From assembly GCA_050294655.1 (NCBI GenBank), contig JBNKOL010000077.1, positions 22,428-86,427 on the forward strand: a stretch of DNA of 64,000 nt. The letters run 5' to 3'. This DNA is from Sedimenticolaceae bacterium (GTDB lineage Bacteria; Pseudomonadota; Gammaproteobacteria; Chromatiales; Chromatiaceae). Shown here piece after piece: positions 57,625 to 64,000 of the stretch. The translations under genes and the position numbers were made by a program. The notes below the pieces were generated by a model. That model was not told the DNA's origin. It ran no database searches and was given only the letters and a program-made list of their open reading frames with translations. Each line of letters begins with the position of its first letter. Within the stretch, counting starts at the first letter, position 1.

Positions 57625-58584
57625 ATGGATCTGAACTTTCTTGAATTCGAACAACCAATTGCTGAACTCGAGGCGAAGATCGAAGAGCTTCGGCTGGTCG
57701 GCAGTGACAATGAGATCAATATCCAGGACGAGATTGCCCGGCTGGAGAGCAAATGCCAGTCCCTGACCGAGTCGATTTTCTCCAATCTCAAACCCTGGGA
57801 CATCTCCCAGCTCTCGCGCCATCCCCTGCGGCCCTATCTGCTTGACTACATCGACCGTATTTTCGATGAGTTCCACGAATTGCACGGCGACCGGGCCTTT
57901 GCCGACGACCATGCCATCGTGGGTGGAGTGGCTCGGTTGGAGGGGCGTCCGGTGATGGTGATCGGTCACCAGAAGGGGCGCGACACCAAGGACAAACTAT
58001 TCAGAAATTTCGGTATGCCCCGTCCAGAGGGCTACCGCAAGGCGTTGCGTTTGATGGAGATGGCGGAGCGCTTCAAATTGCCGATCCTCACCTTCATCGA
58101 TACCCCGGGCGCCTATCCGGGGGTGGGTGCGGAAGAGCGGGGCCAGAGCGAGGCGATCGCGCGCAATCTCAAGGTGATGTCCGGACTGCGCACTCCCATC
58201 ATCTGCACCGTGATTGGCGAGGGAGGCTCCGGCGGAGCGCTGGCTATCGGCGTTGGCGACCGGGTCATGATGCTGCAATACGGCACCTATTCGGTCATCT
58301 CTCCCGAAGGTTGTGCCTCGATCCTCTGGAAGAGCGCCGAGAAGGCGCCCCTGGCGGCTGAGTCGATGGCGATCACGTCGGATCGGCTGTTGGAGTTTGG
58401 GCTGGTCGACGAGATCATCCCTGAGCCCCTGGGTGGCGCCCATCGCGACATCGAGAGTATGGCCAGCAACCTCAAACACGCTTTACGGGAAGGGCTGGAG
58501 AACATTACCAGCATGGCCATCGACAAGCTGCTTGACGCCCGCTACCAGCGGCTAATGCAGTACGGGCAGTTTACCGGGGACTGA
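57625..58584 (+). CDS. accA: Acetyl-CoA carboxylase carboxyltransferase alpha
   Basis: [41 protein letters not shown]. Confidence 0.99.
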   Translation: MDLNFLEFEQPIAELEAKIEELRLVGSDNEINIQDEIARLESKCQSLTESIFSNLKPWDISQLSRHPLRPYLLDYIDRIFDEFHELHGDRAFADDHAIVGGVARLEGRPVMVIGHQKGRDTKDKLFRNFGMPRPEGYRKALRLMEMAERFKLPILTFIDTPGAYPGVGAEERGQSEAIARNLKVMSGLRTPIICTVIGEGGSGGALAIGVGDRVMMLQYGTYSVISPEGCASILWKSAEKAPLAAESMAITSDRLLEFGLVDEIIPEPLGGAHRDIESMASNLKHALREGLENITSMAIDKLLDARYQRLMQYGQFTGD

Positions 58585-58610
58585 GCCGGTTCCCGCCTGC
58601 CTGGCCCGCT

Positions 58611-59945
58611 GTGACCCTCAACGCAAAACGGCTCCTCGCAACCCTTAAGGATCTGCCCGCAGCCGAGCGCGGCCATCTGGCGTTCAGCGGCGGCCTCGAC
58701 TCCTGTGTATTACTGCATCTGCTGGCCTCCCTGCGTGAATCGTTGCCCTGGACCCTGCAGGCGATCCATATCAACCATGGCCTGCAGGTGGTGGCCGATC
58801 TCTGGCAGGCCCATTGTGAAACCCTCTGTGAGCAGTACGAGATTCCCTTGCAGGTGGTCCAGCTTTCGCTCTCGCCAGGACCGGGGGAGAGTGTCGAGGC
58901 GGTAGCCAGGGAGGCCCGCTACCGGGCGCTGGCCGAGCATATCGGCCCCGGGGATCTGGTACTCACGGCGCAACATCAGGATGACCAGGCGGAGACCCTG
59001 TTGTTGCAACTCCTGCGCGGTAGCGGTCCGGCCGGTCTGGCCTCGATGCCGGCGCTGAGCCGATTCTTCGCCGGCTGGCTGACACGGCCCCTGCTCGATA
59101 CTCCACGCGCCGCCATCGAGGCCTATGCCCGCCAGCATGGACTGAGCTGGGAGGAGGACCCCTCCAATCGGGATCTGCGCTTCGATCGCAACTTCATCCG
59201 ACATCGGGTAATGCCCATGCTGACTGGCCGCTGGCCGGCCGCTGCCATCACCCTGTCTCGCGCCGCCCGCTTCAGCGGTGAGTTACTGGTGCTGGTGGAG
59301 GAGGAGGCGCAAGAGGATCTGGCGCGGGCCCGCCTGGCGGAGACAGCGGACCTCTCCGTCAGCACCCTCCAGCGCTTCGATTCCATTCGCCTGCGCAATC
59401 TTCTGAGACACTGGATCACCGGTTTGGGTGCGCCACTGCCCAGCTCAAGGAATTTGGCGCGTATTGAACGAGAGGCGGTGCAGGGGCGGGCCGATGCCAA
59501 TCCACTGATCGTCTGGAGTGGGTGGGAGGTACGACGCTATCGGGATCGCCTCCTGCTTAGAAAGGCGCTGCCGGCACTGGCTCCTGCGGAATCGTTGATC
59601 TGGCAAGATCGGAGCGAGCTGGCGCTGCCCAGTGGCCTGGGCAGGCTGTTTGCCGGATCCGGTGAAGGGGGCATCGACCCGGAGGCCTGGTCGGGTGCGC
59701 AGATCGAAGTGCGTTTCCGGTGTGGCGGGGAGCGTTGCATGCCGGCCGGGCAGGCCCACCACCGCCCCCTGAAGAAGCTGTTTCAAGAGTGGGGCATACC
59801 CACCTGGGAGCGCTCCCGCATCCCACTCATCTACCTGAATGGCGAGTTGGCCGCGATCCCCGGCCGGCTTGTCTGTCATCCTTTTGCCGCGAATGCCGGC
59901 GAGGCGTCGGTCGTGGTCCGCTGGGAATCCTCGAATAGCCGGTAA
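58611..59945 (+). CDS. tilS: tRNA(Ile)-lysidine synthase
   Basis: AFSGGLDS PP-loop, HINHGL, HQDDQAET, RPLL, EDPSN; follows accA. Confidence 0.98.
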   Translation: MTLNAKRLLATLKDLPAAERGHLAFSGGLDSCVLLHLLASLRESLPWTLQAIHINHGLQVVADLWQAHCETLCEQYEIPLQVVQLSLSPGPGESVEAVAREARYRALAEHIGPGDLVLTAQHQDDQAETLLLQLLRGSGPAGLASMPALSRFFAGWLTRPLLDTPRAAIEAYARQHGLSWEEDPSNRDLRFDRNFIRHRVMPMLTGRWPAAAITLSRAARFSGELLVLVEEEAQEDLARARLAETADLSVSTLQRFDSIRLRNLLRHWITGLGAPLPSSRNLARIEREAVQGRADANPLIVWSGWEVRRYRDRLLLRKALPALAPAESLIWQDRSELALPSGLGRLFAGSGEGGIDPEAWSGAQIEVRFRCGGERCMPAGQAHHRPLKKLFQEWGIPTWERSRIPLIYLNGELAAIPGRLVCHPFAANAGEASVVVRWESSNSR

Positions 59946-60083
59946 GGGTCGCTCTTCCGCGCAATTAGCAACCCGGCAACTAGATATGTCGTCTTCAGGG
60001 CGTCAACCTCTTAGTACCCATTCTGTCCTGCTTTCCCTCCACCACATCGACGGATATGCCTCTGAGTCCGGATTAGCGACCCG

Positions 60084-60102
60084 GTCAAGTGAATATGTCA
60101 CA
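60084..60102. promoter_or_regulatory. 19-bp upstream motif, copy 1 (GTCAAGTGAATATGTCACA)
   Basis: Identical to 60967-60985; contains a GTGA-N5-TCAC dyad. Confidence 0.6.
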
Positions 60103-60193
60103 CATCGGGTATGTGTCATGTCCTACAGCAACGAAGCGCGAGATGAAATGCTCTCTTTACAGGGCACTAGCGCCTGCTCACCGGAATAAGACT

Positions 60194-60847
60194 ATGCATA
60201 ACATGCTACATACAACACCGCTGGATGGGGACGATTCCAACCGGCTGGCGAAGATACGGGGAGCATTGTTGCGGCACTTGGCTGCGAGCCAACTTCCGCC
60301 TGAAAATCTGTTGCCGGAGAAGCTCGCATGCAGTGCGGTCACCCATTGGGAGGAACTGATCTGCACGGCGATCAATCCGGAGGCGGGCCGTCTGATGGCC
60401 CTGGTTGGGATACATCGAACAGCCGGGTATAGCGGGCTGCTCCGCCGTCACGGTTCTATCGAATATGTCCGTTTCTTTATCGACTGGGAAGACGGTGCCG
60501 GCTACCGGCCGGTAAGCCTTACCCACTTCAAAGTCTATGATCGGCTGCCTGAGGCAGTCGACATCGAGCGTCCACGCTACCGGCGTGTCTCCACCTCATT
60601 CGATCAGGAGCGCTACTGGGGCAGCCTGCTGAACGGTGTACGGCCCAAGGTCAAGGCGGTGCTTTCATGGCACCGAGTGCCCGATATGGATCATGAGCAC
60701 ACTCCGTTGTTTGGAAATGCCGTCGAGTCGAATCTCTGCATCGATTCCGACAAGCCGCTTGAGGCGCTGATAAGAGATTCCTCGCAGGGCGAGCCGGTGC
60801 CATCCAAACAGTGGCAGGGAGAGCCGCTTCAGGCAAGGTTGCAGTAG
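60194..60847 (+). CDS. Hypothetical protein, paralogue 1
   Basis: Colinear similarity to 61084-61671 (VTHWEEL.C.AIN, RFFIDW, PKV.AVLSW, FGN); start 60194 or 60203. Confidence 0.8.
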   Translation: MHNMLHTTPLDGDDSNRLAKIRGALLRHLAASQLPPENLLPEKLACSAVTHWEELICTAINPEAGRLMALVGIHRTAGYSGLLRRHGSIEYVRFFIDWEDGAGYRPVSLTHFKVYDRLPEAVDIERPRYRRVSTSFDQERYWGSLLNGVRPKVKAVLSWHRVPDMDHEHTPLFGNAVESNLCIDSDKPLEALIRDSSQGEPVPSKQWQGEPLQARLQ

Positions 60848-60966
60848 GTCTCTCGTCCAGGGTTCGGGCTGTGTCCCACGTGATGCCTTCTGTGGTTGGG
60901 TATTAGCCCGATTTGTGGGCGGGTGGCTGTTGGACCGCAGTGATGCATGGCGCCATATTCGGTTGC

Positions 60967-60985
60967 GTCAAGTGAATATGTCACA
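60967..60985. promoter_or_regulatory. 19-bp upstream motif, copy 2
   Basis: Identical to 60084-60102 at a similar distance from the start codon. Confidence 0.6.
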
Positions 60986-61083
60986 ACCGCCGAGGGTCGC
61001 ATTTCATGCCGATTCCGAAAGTGTGATGCCATGCTATTGCCAGGGATCAATTAAATAAGCAAATCAGCAGGTTGATCAAGGCG

Positions 61084-61671
61084 ATGACAACACGTGAAAC
61101 CTCAGACTCACCTCTCTCCGGCGAGCTTCACCTGACCCGGAATCTGCTCCTGGAGCGGATGCAGGGTGCTCGCTGGATGCAGGGTCCGATGCTGCAGTAC
61201 ACCCGTAATTTCAGCTGCGTCACCCATTGGGAGGAGCTCCTCTGTGTAGCGATCAACACCAAGCTGGAGCGGTTGATGGCGGTTGTCTGTATCAGGCAGC
61301 CGGATGGATATAGCAGCATGCTCAACAACCACAATTCGAGAGAGTTCATCCGTTTCTTCATCGACTGGGGACGGGGTGATGACTATGAGCCGGCCGCTCT
61401 GGTCGACTTCGAGGTCAGTGATGTCCCGCTAGATAGGGGGCAAAACTCACTTCCACATTACGAGCTGGTGACAGGCCACCTGGACGCGGACCGCTATTGG
61501 GACGGTGTATTGGACGGCATTCAACCCAAGGTTCGCGCCGTGCTCTCCTGGAACCTGATGCCGCCCGAAGATGTTGAGTTCAAGCCTGCTTTCGGCAATG
61601 TGGTGGATTCGCGTATTCGCACCGAGTCGATCAGAGACATCACCGCGCTCTATGAACAGCATGTGATGTGA
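61084..61671 (+). CDS. Hypothetical protein, paralogue 2
   Basis: Same motifs as paralogue 1; ATG 61084 (or TTG 61072). Confidence 0.8.
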   Translation: MTTRETSDSPLSGELHLTRNLLLERMQGARWMQGPMLQYTRNFSCVTHWEELLCVAINTKLERLMAVVCIRQPDGYSSMLNNHNSREFIRFFIDWGRGDDYEPAALVDFEVSDVPLDRGQNSLPHYELVTGHLDADRYWDGVLDGIQPKVRAVLSWNLMPPEDVEFKPAFGNVVDSRIRTESIRDITALYEQHVM

Positions 61672-61893
61672 ATAAGTCACAAATTAGCTGTGCGCTATTG
61701 AATAGGCTGCCTGAAGGGAAAGTGGAATTCTATAGACAGAGAGACGGAGCAGATATCGAAGGATCGAAGAAGGCGGTCGACCCACATCCCGGTAGGTGAG
61801 GCTCAGGCAATATGGATAACCCCGTCTCCCTGCAGTAGAAACGTCTGAGTTCTGGGTGATGGGTCGACCTGGTGTGGTGATGGAGAGCTTACG

Positions 61894-62613
61894 GTGCATG
61901 CATTCGCTGAACAAAACATAGTTCTGGCGCCAAGTCTGATGGATAGCACGGCATTACTGGGCGTCGTGGAGAGAGAGCAGGCAGTGGCTCTGGAGCAGGG
62001 AGCGAACGGGTATGCCTGGACCACGGAGGGTGCGGTTAAACGGCTCTTCGATCTGCTCTTCAGCCTGATACTACTGATACTGACCGGGCCCATCCTGCTC
62101 ACGGCGATGCTGGCGCTCTGGCTCTCCAGCCTGGGGCGTGATCCCGTCATCTATCGCCAAACGCGTGTCGGGCTGAATGGCAAGCACTTCACCCTGCTGA
62201 AACTACGAACCATGCGAGTTGATGCAGAGAGCGATGGCGCGCGTATGGCCTGCAAAAACGATTCCAGGATTACGCATTTGGGCTGGATTCTGCGCAGAAG
62301 CCGGATCGACGAGCTGCCACAACTGCTGAATGTCCTGCGTGGCGAAATGAGTCTGATCGGCCCCAGGCCGGAGCGACCCGAATTTGTCAGGCAATACGAA
62401 CGCCAGATCGAAGGCTATTCACTGCGCAATCGGGTCAAACCCGGTATAACCGGCTTGGCCCAGGTGAGCTTCGGGTATGCCGAGAACCTGGATGAGGCGG
62501 CGATCAAGCTCTTCTATGACTTGATCTACATCAGGAGCAGAAGTCTGCGCACGGATCTCTATGTTCTGAAGCAAACGCTGCCGGTTATGTTGACGGGGTG
62601 GGGGGCCAGGTAG
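61894..62613 (+). CDS. Bacterial sugar transferase (WcaJ/WbaP C-terminal-type initiating phosphoglycosyl transferase)
   Basis: KRLFDL, KLRTM, D.RIT, IDELPQLLNVLRGEMSLIGPRPERP, KPGITGLAQV. Confidence 0.95.
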   Translation: MHAFAEQNIVLAPSLMDSTALLGVVEREQAVALEQGANGYAWTTEGAVKRLFDLLFSLILLILTGPILLTAMLALWLSSLGRDPVIYRQTRVGLNGKHFTLLKLRTMRVDAESDGARMACKNDSRITHLGWILRRSRIDELPQLLNVLRGEMSLIGPRPERPEFVRQYERQIEGYSLRNRVKPGITGLAQVSFGYAENLDEAAIKLFYDLIYIRSRSLRTDLYVLKQTLPVMLTGWGAR

Positions 62614-63399
62614 TTTGGGGGAAGGGGTGGGTCATGGCTCCAGACAGGTCCAGGTCTGAAATCCATTTCCTTTGTCTGAATGTCGACTTTTTTGCATGAT
62701 GAAATTGCCCGGTCCGTTGGTGACTAACGTGCCGGCTCGTGACCGGCAGTTTCAGTTTGTGGTGGTGTTACTACAAGCAACTGAAAGGCGGATTGGGAGG
62801 GTATATCATTTGCCAGGGGGCGCGTATGTAATAGATAGCGCATATCCCGCAGTAAACTCGACCTTTGGGTTTATCCTCCAGCCAGCAAGGAACGATTAAT
62901 CGTTCCAATCAATCGAATCTTCCGTTGTTTGAATTTCCTCCCGGACTGTATTGCCTTGCTCAAATTTTGCAAAGGGGTTTATTGCCTTCGTAGTGTGCTC
63001 CAATGCTAGAGCTGTGCTTGAGATTAACGAACAAACGACAATGCAGAAATAAATATATGGTTTCGCTGTAATCTCCGTGTGTAAGTTAAAAGTCCTGTAA
63101 TCGCGTTTCAGTGTTGATTCCGTACCATGTTGCAGGTAGATGCTTTTGTGGCCATTACGGAGCAGGGAAAATATAAATCCCTAATGCTGCCTTCAGCAAC
63201 TAAAAAGTGCCAATATGAAAACATGAAGAGGTTGGCTCGCCGGCCAACCGGAATTAAGATCAATTTGTTATGGGCTTCAAGCATTCCCTTGCCCGGCGTT
63301 GTGGCTCTTGCCAATGGAGTCAACCATTGCCCGCGAGCCATGCCTTGATCAAGGGGATGCTTGAAGCCCTGAACACGACATATTGGGTTGCCGGGTTAA

Positions 63400-63624
63400 T
63401 TAACCACAGTACAAAGGCGGTGGTGGGTGTCCTTCCACATAGGGAGGCAGAATGCTGTATAGATAGCATCTCGTGCAGAAGACGCGGTTGCCGGCATTGA
63501 TCCTTTTCCAACAGGGGGGGAAGTAGGCGTCATAAATCCCGGCATTCAGACCCCCTGATGTTGTCCAGGCGCACCCTGATGTGAACAGCAAGAACCACAT
63601 GAAAGACCAACGCTTTTTTCTCAT
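63400..63624 (-). CDS. Small Cys/Pro-rich putative lipoprotein
   Basis: AAGGGG RBS, MRKKR plus hydrophobic stretch and TSGC lipobox-like site; co-oriented downstream of the barrel gene. Confidence 0.5.
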   Translation of the reverse strand: MRKKRWSFMWFLLFTSGCAWTTSGGLNAGIYDAYFPPCWKRINAGNRVFCTRCYLYSILPPYVEGHPPPPLYCG

Positions 63625-63787
63625 TGGTTTGCCCCTTTTTTGTCTCTAAGTGTATGGATGATTATTGATATTGATAATCGGGATCCGGCTGGATCCCGGT
63701 TTGGCTGCGGTCAGCCCCAATGCAGTGTTCTCAAGCCGCAGCGATGGGCTGTTTGGATTGTGGAATATCGGGTCAATCAGCGTGCTC

Positions 63788-64000
63788 CTAGAAGTTCAGC
63801 GTAAAGCGGGCGAAAATCTGACGTCCGGGCTGAAACTGTGGCATGAGGGGTTCCCCGGTATGAAAACTCAGGTCGTAATAGTTGAACTCCTCGTCGAGCA
63901 TGTTTTTGACTATGAGTTCAACCTTGCCGTAACGCTTGGGGAAGCGGTAGCCGAGCACGCCGTCGAGATTCCAGAAAGAGTCCCGATCGGTAACGCCTGA
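63788..64000 (-). CDS. C-terminus of an outer-membrane beta-barrel (TonB-dependent-receptor-like) protein, truncated by window
   Basis: Own translation: SGVTDRDSFWNLDGVLGYRFPKRYGKVELIVKNMLDEEFNYYD...PGRQIFARFTLNF*. It has the N.(L/F)D motif and a terminal Phe beta-signal. Not in the supplied ORF track. Confidence 0.85.
   Translation of the reverse strand, partial: SGVTDRDSFWNLDGVLGYRFPKRYGKVELIVKNMLDEEFNYYDLSFHTGEPLMPQFQPGRQIFARFTLNF

Noticed and set aside
60084-60985. 19-bp direct repeat as CRISPR repeat or att site
   Set aside because: Only two copies about 880 bp apart with a gene between them; no cas or integrase; position relative to starts favours a regulatory site.
63665-64000. 111-aa plus-strand ORF
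   Set aside because: The minus-strand frame encodes a convincing beta-barrel C-terminus, so this ORF is its shadow.

Overview
Chromosomal window of a gammaproteobacterium. Gene content and order suggest a Chromatiales/Sedimenticola/Thiodiazotropha-like organism, but this is inference only. The core backbone is hom-thrC, then glnD-map, then rpsB-tsf-pyrH-frr-uppS-cdsA-dxr-rseP-bamA-skp-lpxD-fabZ-lpxA-lpxB-rnhB, followed by dnaE and accA-tilS. Four accessory tracts interrupt it: (1) an AT-rich Wzx/Wzy polysaccharide island between thrC and glnD, containing a fossil IS4; (2) a secreted protein, a GAF-PAS-GGDEF-EAL gene and an Aer-type chemoreceptor between rnhB and dnaE; (3) a mixed island between dnaE and accA (DegV, decayed Y1 transposase with terminal inverted repeats, SPOR protein, protease, orphan aryl-polyene-type methyltransferase, pseudogenes); (4) after tilS, two tandem paralogous unknown genes, a sugar transferase and the end of an outer-membrane barrel gene. 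Top leads: a 158-nt G.U-rich rod hairpin inserted inside the rpsB (t44) regulatory leader; the tandem unknown-domain paralogues, which share an identical 19-bp upstream motif whose core recurs before the sugar transferase; a ParB/Srx-like protein in the glycan island; probable leaderless dnaE and accA; and a codon-usage mosaic in dnaE. No CRISPR array, rRNA or tRNA was seen. All family calls come from reading motifs by eye; no searches were run.
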